From positions 56,774 to 76,773 of the forward strand of contig JALAGF010002695.1 of NCBI GenBank assembly GCA_030167865.1: a stretch of 20,000 bases of DNA, written 5' to 3'. Shown here one piece after another: positions 1-11,344 of the stretch; within the stretch, counting starts at the first letter, position 1, and each line of letters opens with the position of its first letter. Made by a program: the position numbers and the translations under genes. The notes under the pieces are model-generated. The model did no database searches. It was not told the DNA's origin and saw nothing but the letters and a program-made list of their open reading frames with translations. The DNA comes from Craspedostauros australis. Lineage: Eukaryota.

Positions 1-128
1 TCAAGGCAGCAATCAAGGCAGCAAGCGGCCCATCATCCACTCCTTCTTCATTTTCTTGAGCTTCGCTGACCAGGCATCGCACAAGGCAAAAGGGCATCGC
101 TGCGACTTTGCAACCGAGAACCATCATC

Positions 129-1317
129 ATGAGGGCCGTCGCAGTTTCACTGCTGCTCTTGGCGATGATCGTCATCGCAGAGGCAACGCTCTTTGGGACA
201 CGGCATTTGCAGCAGAGATATCGGTTGCCCTCGTCAGATTTGCGGCAGCATCCCTACAGACGAGGTCACACTCGTACATCGGAATGTTCGGAGCTGTCAA
301 TTTCGTCATGCTGCACATCAGCTACTGCTACCAGTCTAGCGATTCCGCGAGGTGGCCAACAAGCCGATGGACGCAACGATCCTGATGATTATTACTACGA
401 TTACAACAGTCCTCAGCAGGACGATTATGGAGGAAGCAGTTACAACAGCAACAACAGCGGCAGCTATGATGATCGATATGCCGAAGATGACTACTACGAT
501 GATCGTGGATACGGCAACGATCGGCGCAGAAACAGTTCCCGACAGGAATCATCGGTGCGTTCTTTGTGCGTGATTGCACTTGAGGAGAGTGCTCTCCACA
601 TCCGCGTATTGTCCGATTCTTCTACTCCATGATATAGTGTTTTGCATCGCAATGTAACTTTTGTGTGTGTCTTTCTGATATGACGCGTATTTGATCGCAT
701 TGGCACCACCGTGCAAGTCTCACAATCGCATTGCGCTCACACCCCACAACGATTCACTCTCGCAGCCCCTCGCCTCCATCCAAGACAAATTGCAAAACGG
801 CGACCGCCGCATCGGATTGTTCCTGCTGGGTTCCGGCATGGTCATCACGTTGCTCGGCATCAGTCTCTTCTTCAACAAAATGCTGATGCGCCTCGGCAAC
901 CTCCTCTGCATCGCCGGCGTTCCCATGACGATCGGCCCGGGACGCACGGTGGGATACTTCTTGCAACCCCAGAAGGTGCGATCGACGGCGTGTCTCATCT
1001 GCGGCATTCTTCTGGTCTTTGTGGGATGGCCGATTCTGGGCATCGCGCTCGAGATCTTCGGCGTGCTCAATCTATTCGGTAACATGTTTCCTCTTCTCTT
1101 CATGTTTCTCAAGCAGATGCCCATCATCGGGCCGTTGTTGAATCGGGACAAGGACAGCGTCGGTGGTAGTGGCGGTCGATCACGACGGCGGTACGATGAT
1201 TATGATGACGGCGATGGATATGGCGGCAGCGGATACGATGACCGGTACGATGACAGATATTACGAGGACGGAAACGACGGTGGGCGGTACGACGACGACT
1301 ACAACAGGAACTATTAG
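129..1317 (+). CDS. GOT1: Got1/GOLT1-family vesicle transport membrane protein with N-terminal signal-peptide-like and Asp/Tyr-rich extensions; exons 129-554 and 766-1317 (325 aa)
   Basis: Exon 2 translation (RRIGLFLLGSGMVITLLGISLFFNKMLMRLGNLLCIAGVPMTIGPGRTVGYFLQPQK...LVFVGWPILGIALEIFGVLNLFGNMFP...MPIIGPLL) follows the Got1/GOLT1 pattern as recalled from memory. Phase-0 intron 555-765 (GTGCGT...CGCAG) joins the two ORFs in frame. The ATG at 129 begins the hydrophobic MRAVAVSLLLLAMIVIAEA. Confidence 0.88.
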
Positions 1318-1710
1318 ATCAGCGTATCCAGTGTATTCGTACAAGTACAGGTAGCATCGTGGGGTTCAAGAGAATTGACCCCCACAAGGGCAGCAACGGC
1401 GGTGCCAGGAGCTGCAAGTGGATGCGGTCCTCCACGACGCAAGGGGCGGACACATCCTGGAAGGCTGCTCGAATTGGCATCGACCACACCTTTGCGTAGT
1501 GACATTCCCGCACTTACTCGTACTACTCATCTCAGAGTCATCTGCTCTTCTCTTCTCTACTCGAGTCGGATATGATGTTGATTTAATTTGATTGCGAGGA
1601 ACTAATGCAAGAATCCTGTTGAGGTTCTTTTTTACTCGTGCTACTGATACTCAACCCCATGGATGAGATGCCAACGTACGGGAATGCAGGAGGCTACCAT
1701 CGCCGTGCGA

Positions 1711-4700
1711 TTAGTCGCCCAATGCGATGAACACATCCTCCAGTGACGACTGCGACAGAAGGAACTGGTTGATGCAACCCTCTGTCGCGCTCTCGGGACT
1801 GTAGAGCGCTCTGAAAACTCGCGTCAGATCCAAATCGCGCGGGAGATTCACGTGCAGCGTCTTTGCCTGCTTCGTTGCCAGATCCGCACCTTCGTGCAAA
1901 TGCTTGCGAACGAACGCCATCGCGCTCTCCTGGGTCTCGGGGCTGCTCTTGATCAGATTCAACTGGAGCAGGTACCCGGAGCCGTACTGGTCCTTCAGAT
2001 GCTGCTGAGATTCAATCACCTTCAGCTTCCCATTCGCGATGATGGCGATTCTGTTGCACAGAGTGTCAGCCTCGATCATCATGTGCGTCGTGATGATGGT
2101 GCTTCGTTCTTGCGAGTTGAACGAGTTGATCAATGCCCAGATGTTGTTTCGGGTCGATGGGTCAAGGCCACTGAAGGATGGTGCGTATGCATTAGTACGG
2201 AGCACGCGTAAAATATGATAGGCAGGTGGGCGTGTCATGTCGTGGCATGATTGGATGGAGAAGGGAGAAGTGCGAGGAAGAAACGATGGTGTGAGTGATC
2301 CTGAACATGCTGCGTACTACACATTGTAAGCTCCGCAGCGTGCGCGGACAATGCACATCAACGCGGCTCACAGGTAAGGATTTTCTGCAATCATCGTATC
2401 ATACTCACGTCGTTGGTTCATCCAAGATGAGAACTGATGGCGATCCGATCAGAGACATGGCGATGGATAGCCGGCGTCTCATACCACCAGACAGTGCACC
2501 GGCATCCCTGCCATAAACCTCCGCAGACCCAAGCCCGACGGCTTCTGCAATAGCACGTGACACATTCTGAACCTGCTTGCCTGGCAAGCCCTTGAGGCGT
2601 GCAAAGAACTCAAGGTGAGCTCCAACGCTTTGGTTCCGCCAGACCACGTCAAACTGAGGACAGTTGCCGAGACGTTCGAACACAGGAATGCGCTCTAACG
2701 CAGAATCGTACCCGCCGACCAAGCCAAAGCCAGATGAGGGATCGTGGCCACCGGCAAGGATCTTCAAGGCCGTCGTCTTGCCAGCGCCCTGCGATTTGTA
2801 CAAGCACACGAAGGAGGTTGTTTGGAGAAGGTGAGTGATGTAAGGCATTGTATTACGCAAGATGACAGTGTCATGCGGGTGTGAGCGAAGTGCCACACTT
2901 GCATGGTGAAGCACACTATTCCGTCATTCACCAATTGAATAATAGTGGTTGGTGTTCGGGTGATCCGCACGACATCATCAATCACTGCACACATAAGGAC
3001 AGGCACCCGAACCACACCAGCAACAACGCCAGCAACAACAGACACTCACGTTCTTGCCCAGGAATCCCAAGCATTGTCCCTTGGGGACGTGAAGATCCAG
3101 ATCTTCAAGCGCTCGCTTCGGAGGACGGCCACCCAATGCGGGGTACGTCTTGGAAAGCTTGTGGGTGATCACAGGGTCCACGGCATCGCGAGGGATGCTG
3201 TTGTGATCGAGCTGAAGCGTCTCCGCCACAGTTCCTTCTTCCACTTCACCTGCGACGCCGACCACAGTCGTGAATGATTTGATTGCCTCGTGGACGATTC
3301 GGCTCTCTTCCCTGACTTCCGGGAAGACCTTGTTCGCTCCCTCTTCTGCTGCTGACGAGCTCCCTGCGCTTGAGCCTGAGCTTTTGCATCGCAACTTTTC
3401 GAAGAAGTGGACGATGTACATTCGAACTCTCAGCACAGCTGTGTTTGGGAAGCCCAAAGTCATGGTTGCAAAGACACCGATCACTGTCAAGCAGAGTGAA
3501 CCAAGGCACATGATCCAGACGCTCTGCCAGTACAGTCTGGACGCGTACGGAAAGTTGCAGGTAGTGCCAGAGCAGCTGACTCCTGAAATGTTGGGGATCA
3601 GCACATCCCTTGCGTATTCAGGTGGGTCGGACACGAATGTGATCTTGTTGGAGTACACCATGGAGAGACCCTGGAACAGGCCGACTTGTGGCAGCAATGA
3701 TGCTGATGGCTCGATGCAGAACTGGTATATGCTGTTGATGTCCAGGCCCACGCAGTTGACGAAGTACTCATCGAGGTTGTCCTGGTTGTAGCTGTCATTG
3801 CAGAACCCTGAGCTGTCTTCAATCGTTATCTTCGGCTTGTCGGAGTACTCCTGGAAATCGTTGGTGCAGCTGACTTCTTGTCGCAAGCTGTTGACCCAAG
3901 CCAGGGCGAACAAGATCAACGGGACCAGGCTTGCCATCACGCAAATGAAGGAGATGGCGACCAGCGGGATCTTGTAGCCTGGCAGGAAGGAGCTTGAGAG
4001 GACGGATCCTGGGATAGAGAGCGTGAAGCAAAGGATGAGGAGGAACACAAGTCCGTATCCTCCGCGCTCGCGGTAAGCTCGGATCTCAACTTGCTCATTT
4101 CCAACCGTATCTTGGTAATCCACAAATGTCATGGATGACCACGAAATTTGTGGCTTCTGTGCGAAGTCGGCGTCGCAGTAATCAGTCGAGGTCTCCGTAC
4201 AAACCTGTTGCTTGGCGAACATCGGAGTGAAGTAGAGCACGGTGAGAGTCAAGAACGTGAATAGGAACTGGACGAGGAAGGCGTACGACGTGGTCCCCAG
4301 CAGGAAGGACTTTGGCAGTAGCCCTTGCGTCCGCATCAAGTAGAAAAGATTCTCAGCACGGTCCGAGTATATCGTTCCGATGATTCCGACGAGCATGAGT
4401 GAGACGAAAAGGATCGGGAGCACCAGATAGCCGCGTCCGTCTCCAAAGTTGGTGCCAAGACCCACGAGGACGCTGATCCCGAACATGATGGAGTAGATGA
4501 TGTAATTGGACATTGAACTGCGTCCGACCCAGTTTCGGTGGATGTAGAACCCAATCAGCGCACGGACTTGGTTGAACACGGTGAGCGACGGCTTGAACCG
4601 CGCAATCTCGTTGAGACGCTCTGGGTTTGATTGGCCAGCGGCTGCTGCTTCCAGTCGATCGACAGCGGGGTCAGCGGTGTTGTTGGTGGTGGTGCCACCG

Positions 4701-7700
4701 CCGCCACCGTTGGCATCCACGGAAACATCGTTGGACAAAGCCGCCTCTCCGGTCACCTTCAGGAACACCTCCTCCAAGCTGCTGTTGGAGAAGCCATATT
4801 CCTGAACCTTGGAACTATCGGCGCTGAGCCATTCCATGAAGGTCGACAGTTGCTCCACAGTGACTCCTGTGTCGCTGACCTCGATGCCTTGGTCAATGTC
4901 TTCGTGAGCATTATCACTTCTGTCGACCTTCACCTTCTGGATATTGACGATGATATTTCCAGTGGAAGGTGCATCAATCTTCACATGCTCCCTTGTGCCT
5001 GCGAAGAAATCATTCAAGAATCGCTGAGTACTCGGCACATCTTCTCTCTCCACGAGCAAAGTGAATTGCAGTGCACTTCCATACTGCGTCTTCAGTTCTA
5101 GCGGACTTCCGAAGGCAGCAAGATCTCCTCGACGCATGATGGCAACTTCTTCCGCGAGCAGATCGGCCTCCTCCATGGCGTGAGTAGTGAGAATGACGAC
5201 TCTGTTTTCCTTGATCTCGTCGATGTGTCTCCAAACGAAGCGTCTGCTCACTGGGTCCATTCCCTATTGATCGGAGGGATCGCACGGTGGCGATGTGCAG
5301 CAAGGAGGGTTTTGCAAGATTCAAATTGAACATGCGACAGGCGTGGATTCAATAAAAAGGAGAACGTGTGGTGTGTGAGTGATTGAGTTAGCAAGTGCAT
5401 GGAAGCCCAGTGGAGTATGGGTGTGAAAATGCGGTTGCCACGCAATCGCCAATTCGCACGCCTCGCGCCTCGTCTTCTCCACGAGAAGTTATGTGCGCGT
5501 GTGCAACACAACACCATGAGGCAAGGCAAGACAGTAGCAAATACTTACTGTGGTCGGTTCATCGAGGATGATCAATGGGCGTTCTCCGATGGTCGCCAAT
5601 GCAACAGAAAGGCGTCTCTTCATGCCACCGCTGAAGCTGGAGCTGTATTGCAACTGCACATCTGCAAGGTCCACGCTCTCCAACCACTTCTGCACCGTGG
5701 CGCCCATGTCGTCGTCGGAGACTCCACGAAGACCTGCAAACAGCTCCAAATGCTCTCGAGCCGTCAGATTGGCCCAGAGGTAGTCATCTGCAAAAATCGA
5801 TGCGGCGAAAGGGGTAGAGCCAAAGTAAGGCAACATGGAGAGAGTGTCAGAGTGGTGAGGGCGAGAAAGGTGGCGATGCGTCGAGTTGAGCTCGGCCGGG
5901 GCAAAGTATGCATCCATGTAACACAGTTACGATGGATTGCTGACCCTTGTGTATGACAATCCAAGTCACCAATTCATGGATCGTCTCGCGAGCGTCGTGA
6001 GCAATGTACCACAACCAGTCTTACCTTGCTTGCAAAGGCCCACCATGCAGCGGATCGAGTAAGGGTCATTGTTGACGGAGACTCCAAACACATTCACGTC
6101 TCCCTGTGTTGCTGCTGTGTCGCAGCTGATGATATGTGACAATGTGGTTTCTGATGAAACAGAACGTAGAGCAGTGGTGTAGACGAGAGAGAACATAGAA
6201 GAGCAGAGCAGAGAAGGACATGCGCATATGATGGCAACGATGTTTGCAATCGCCATGCAAGGAGGCAAACAAGAAAAGGAGGGTAGGTGCAAAAGATGCG
6301 AGTTGTGAGATGCGCTGATGTGATTGTCGTGCACACAGGGTGATGGCGGTCATGATCGTAGAGCTGAGGACGGACTAACTTACTTCCAGCACCGTTGTGG
6401 CCTGCTCATGTTCACATGGCATGATTTGTGTGAGTTTGGTGCGAGTTGATGTGGATGGAATACAGATAGAAGAGACAAACGAAGAAGATGGATACAACAT
6501 CGTGGTAAGTAAGCTGATGCGGTCGCCATGCTTCCTCTTGTACGCCATACGAATACGCTAACACACACACGCATACACACACGCGCATTTGGAAGAGCAG
6601 AGACTGCTGGAATGTGCAATCCCAATTGATCCCAACTTACCGAGGAACGCTGTGACTTCGCCACGCTTCATGGTCATGGAGATACCCTTGAGTGCTTCGA
6701 ACGCGCCGTACGTCTTTCGGACATCGTTCACGACGATGGTGTTTCTGCCGACTTGACTGTTCGTTTGCGCTTCTCCGTCATCGGATTCGATGGGTTCGAC
6801 TTCAGCCTTGTTGCCAAGCCAGTAGCTTGGAAGAAGGAAGAAGTATGGCTTTTGAGGTTTTCCGTTCATGCCGGGGAAGACCTGTGCCCAATAACAGGCA
6901 AGCATCATGTAGATGAAGGCATTGATGATGAGGTAGATCATGTAGGTTGCCGCGGATGGTGAATCTTTCGATGATTCGATGACGTGGTGGCAAGTTCCCA
7001 AGTAACCGCAGAAATCTGCGCCTTGGCGGTCTGGCATAGGACAGTTGCTCAGGCTCTGGCAGTTGCCTGAAAATATACAGTCAGGATCATAGGGCTCCGT
7101 CGCATATCCGATCAAGAAGGTGCTGCCCTGTGGTGCCAGGCTGGAGGTGAGTGCATTGTCTGGGTTGGGTGGTGCGGGCAAAGAAGCCACGGCAAGTTCC
7201 TCCGATGATTTTGCGAAATGCTCGGCCTTGAACTGGTTGCCTGGCATGGAGGTGTAGCCCACGTAGTTGGTCCACATGCCCATGAAGTGGAAGTATGGGA
7301 ACATGAATTGTGTGGCAAGGAGGATACCTTCCCGCGCATCCTGAGGATTCCACGCCTTCGTGTGCCAGGACGGTGCGAAGAAGCAGCCGACGAAGAATTC
7401 ATCGTCCGTCATTGCGGCACGTTGCTCATCAGTCTTGAAGAAATCTCCCTGTGATTCGGACACGAGGGGTGTATTGCAACCCTCACCCGATTGCCAAGGA
7501 AGGCTCATCGTCATTTGATTCAACCAGAAGAACCCCCCTGGTCTCTCTGTGACCTCGTTTGCGCTGTACGCCCACCATGGCCATGAGCTCTGAATGGAGA
7601 CCAAGATTGGCGTCACCCAAATGGCCACCAGAATCAAGAGCACTATCCAGGTGACTCCTCGCTTCATATGTCTCATAAAAGCGGCGAAGAAGAACGAAGT

Positions 7701-8768
7701 CGGGACGAGCGCGAAATGCAGAAAGAGGAATGAAGCGAAGATTCCTCCTGCGTAGATGTTTTCGAATGAATGCAATGGCTGCGAGTCCGCGTGCACGTGA
7801 ATGCGTGTGCATTGTGTTGATCGAATGAGGATGAAGAAAGCGAGAGAAGAGCATGGTGGATGGTAAGTTCACTGTGTTCCATTGCACGAGTCCGCACGGA
7901 GCACCCTCAAGCAATCCGCTGGAGATCTTACCAATGACTTGACAGTGATCGTGCCAAGCGCAGCGTTGATCACGTTGACCATCATGATGGCCGCATACCA
8001 CGATGACCAGAAACTGTTGGACCATAAAGTTGTCATATGTGAAGGGATGGTGAGCACGCGCAGATATGTGGGCATTTCGACGAAAAGAAGCGAAGGTGCG
8101 ATTACAGGGACGTGGGATAGCATGCATGGGGACCAAAGTTGGAGAAGGAGCAAAAGTTGGAGGAGAGAGAAACGAATCATCAGGTCTGTGTGAGCATGAA
8201 GTGGCACAATACATCTATCATAACATTGTGCAATCTGCAATGCAAGAATGCAAGAGAGGAAGGAAAAGGCGGCCATTCGAAGGCATCATACGGTGACGTA
8301 CGCGCTGTCTCTGAGTCCCAATCCACGCAACACTCCGATGAGCTGATTGGCGAATTCATCGTGGACGAGGAGGAAGGCGCAGATCGCGTTGAGCATGGGA
8401 CCCAATGCCATGAGGGCAACCACGAATCCGCTGCGGAAGCGATCGTTCCTCGTGATTTGTTGATCGTCGTCTTCGAATCCGTCGCTATCTCTCTCCAACG
8501 ACGTGATGATGCCGCATTGGTCGACGGGTCCGTAAATGGCATTCTTGGATGGACGTCCCAGCAACCAACCAAAGACGACGGAGACGATGCTGCTGAACAG
8601 CATCATGGCCATGAGGATGGGGCGACGCGACATCAGCAGCATGGACTTGCGTTGCATGAACTTGAACTGGCGGATCCATGAGACGTGCTTCAGCTCCAAC
8701 GGAGCATCCTGCTCGTCGACGAACCGGTTGCCTTCGGCTGCTGGCGACATGGTAGGTAAAGCAGACAT
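1711..8768 (-). CDS. Full-size ABC transporter, subfamily A (TMD-NBD-TMD-NBD), about 1707 aa, 9 exons: 8768-8302, 8013-7932, 7778-6641, 6401-6384, 6150-6025, 5787-5549, 5263-3050, 2788-2409, 2170-1711
   Basis: All 8 introns are GT...AG with consistent phases, and the exons sum to 5124 nt. The spliced protein has NBD1 GHNGAGKTT, FSGGMKRRLS, ILDEPTTGMDP, TTHAMEEAD and NBD2 GKNGAGKTT, LSGGMRRRLS, ILDEPTTGLDP, TTHMMIEAD. ABCA-typical SLEEVF/SLEDVF motifs follow each NBD, and GLRDSAFWSSW lies in TMD1. Confidence 0.93.
6384..6401 (-). other. 18-nt micro-exon of the ABCA gene encoding the core of Walker A (G-HNGAG-K)
   Basis: The minus strand reads cag|GC CAC AAC GGT GCT GGA A|gtaagt. It completes phase-1 junctions with the flanking exons (TAFL-G and K-TTLSH). 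Confidence 0.9.
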
Positions 8769-9902
8769 CGTTGGTGCTTCTGCTTCCGCTTGTTGTGCTG
8801 ACTTTGGTATCTACGATGGTCTTTTCTATTGTGCGAGTGCGAGTGCGAGTATATGGTGGTATTATACGAGCGTTTGAGTATGTTGGCAGATCAAAAGAAA
8901 TGATCTTTGTTTTTTATGACCAGATGAGGTTGCTTTGCGTTTGTTCCGCTGTTCGTCCTGTTCGCCTCTTTGCTGTGCCTCTTGGTTGTCGAGGTCCTTG
9001 ATGTCTGGTGTCGATGCCGGCAATGGTTGGCAGAAAGGTCGGAACGGATGGTGTTTGGTCTTGCTTGTTCCTTTCTTCTGTTTTATGTTGTCTTGGCCTT
9101 CGACAGATGGAGTTCCACGAATCAATGGATCGATTTGATGATCGTGTCAAACATGCAGGAACAACGGTGAAGGAATTATGGTTGCGCAAGTGCGCGGGGA
9201 ACTTTGTCATTGGGCTGTTGCATTCATCGCGTTGGAGGTAGCGATTTTTCGTCAGTTGAGGTGAGAGGAATTGATTCGTGTTTCTGCTCGGCTCCCACAA
9301 AAATGTCTCACAAACTCTGCTCAGAGAGGTGTTCTGTGGGCTACGTGTGATGCAGCACGCAATGGAGTGGAGCCAACCAGCGTCAAGCAAATGTACACGT
9401 GTGGCCCAAGAGCATCGCGGAGCCTTGTGTCTCGGAAGTGGTGGCGAAGCTCATTGGATCGACACCATTCCTTGGACCAGCCTACGTGCTACTATATGTA
9501 CTACACTATTCTATGTATCGATGTCACAGGTACCACACACACTTCACTTGCAGCTTCTTCTGTGCCATGTCAGGTCTCTCTGGCATGTTCCAAACTGCAA
9601 CAAGCTGTACTCTATTCTGCTCCACTCTCACAAACATTGGCATTACTATTGCTGGCGACGAGGCTTCTGCTCATCGCAAGTCTGTGAAGGTGAAGCCTGG
9701 ATCTCCAGTTCGTGGCAACTGCTGGATCGTGATCGCCCCAGCCTGTGCCGTCCGCGCATGGATCCTGCATGCTCGGAAGCGTTCCCCACGATCCAACTCC
9801 GCCATGTTTTGCGTGATGTGATCGTGCGATGCGTTGGATATCAATTTTCTCGTCTCCTCTTCTCTGCATGTCGGCACCCACATCCTCTATCTGAAAAGTT
9901 GA

Positions 9903-10703
9903 TCATTGCGCTGGCGTGTCGATTGCGGACCACCTGGCATGTATCGAAGACGACGATGGTGTACTTCCCAAAGGCATCGTTGGCGTGTTTGCATTCGTAT
10001 TCGCACGATGGCCTGCTGCTCTGTCGCTGCGATTCCCATCATCCTCCATCGACACAGAAGCATACTGATGCTGAACCAAGGCACGACACGAAGGCGTTGC
10101 AGGTCGCAAGAGGAGTATCCGTGATGGACCTGAATCGTGCGCGGCTGCAGCGGTCGTCGATGCATGGTTGTTGTCACCATTGCCCTGTGTGGAAGCCACA
10201 GAATCTGCCAGTATGATGCCAACTCCAATGCCAAATCCAAAAATGGCGACGGCTGCATTCATGGCCATCTCGACGAAGAGGAGTTTGCAGAGTCGATAGC
10301 AAAAGTATCCCAGGAATGCCAGGGACTGTGGGATTTGTTGCAGGTCGGCGTCGGCTATTGCCTGCGGCGGTTGACTTCGCGGTTGTTGGGCAGATCTCGG
10401 AAATGCCGATGGTAGCGAAATGCTTTCTGGCTGCCGAGCTGATCGCGAATCCGAACCTGTGGTGGAGTCTGCGCTTTCCGTCTTTTCTTGCCGTTGCCGT
10501 TGCCGTTGTCGTTGTCGTGGCTGGTGTTGCTGATGATGATGATGATGACGACGATGATAAGCTATAGTTGGGTTGTTCTGGCTGTCGTTTGGTCTCAGCG
10601 ATGATGCAACCGATGATGTAACTGATGATGGGGGTGGAGTGGTCGTGCGATTCCCTTCGTACGATGGTTGAGGGATACGGTAACTTGCGGAATGATGCTC
10701 CAT
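9903..10703 (-). CDS. Hypothetical low-complexity protein with a hydrophobic (possible transmembrane) segment, about 266 aa
   Basis: Open frame from ATG 10703 (MEHHSASY...) with His/Gln/Arg-Gln runs and the hydrophobic stretch LAFLGYFCYRLCKLLFVEMAMNAAVAIFGFGIGVGIILA. No family recognised. It lies divergent to the peptidase gene. Confidence 0.3.
   Translation of the reverse strand: MEHHSASYRIPQPSYEGNRTTTPPPSSVTSSVASSLRPNDSQNNPTIAYHRRHHHHHQQHQPRQRQRQRQRQEKTESADSTTGSDSRSARQPESISLPSAFPRSAQQPRSQPPQAIADADLQQIPQSLAFLGYFCYRLCKLLFVEMAMNAAVAIFGFGIGVGIILADSVASTQGNGDNNHASTTAAAAHDSGPSRILLLRPATPSCRALVQHQYASVSMEDDGNRSDRAAGHRANTNANTPTMPLGSTPSSSSIHARWSAIDTPAQ
10490..10557. repeat. Simple repeats (GCCGTT)n and (GAT/GAC)n
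   Basis: Visible gccgttgccgttgccgtt and gatgatgatgatgatgacgacgat tracts. They encode RQRQ and His runs in the minus-strand ORF. Confidence 0.7.
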
Positions 10704-11344
10704 CTGATTCCTGCGACGGTGTGCTTGATGATGGACACGGAGAGTTCGAATCAAAACGGAAGAGTGATAGTGTGCGAAAGGTGCCTTGGTTGATCCGCAC
10801 AACTCGTCAGATGAATGAAGAGAGTGAATACTATTTTGGACGTCACCAACATGTCAGGTTGTTCTTGATCGATGGACAATCAAAGACTTCTTGCGATCGT
10901 TCATGGTTTCATGCACGTAAGTGCATCCACCAATCCATCGCCGCAGGTGTCAAAGGAGGTGTGACGATGGCGCGAAGTGATGAACGGAACGAAAAAGTGG
11001 AAGCAAAAGCAGAGTTTGACACCAAAGATGTCAAGGAAACGTTGCACGCCATCGTTTTGCACGAACTTGATTGGCTGACAAGCTGGACGGTGTTGAACAG
11101 TGACCTTTTTGGACCCATCCGACCACATCTATATCATTCACGAGTGTGCAAACCAATCACGAACCCATCGAAAGAACACGATCGAGAAACGTGAAGGAAG
11201 ATTGATGACATCAAAGATCCGGAGTGGGAAACGCAAGAGAGGGGAAGAGGTGAAGAGGTGAAGAAGTGCTACATCCATCATAGATCCGCAGGCCCCACAA
11301 CAAGTCCAAGAGTTCCAGCAGCAGCAGCACCAGCAGTATCAAAG

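Noticed and set aside
1711-8768. ABC transporter pseudogene or several separate ABC genes, as the fragmented ORF track suggests
   Set aside because: All fragments join in frame through canonical GT-AG introns into one intact CDS.
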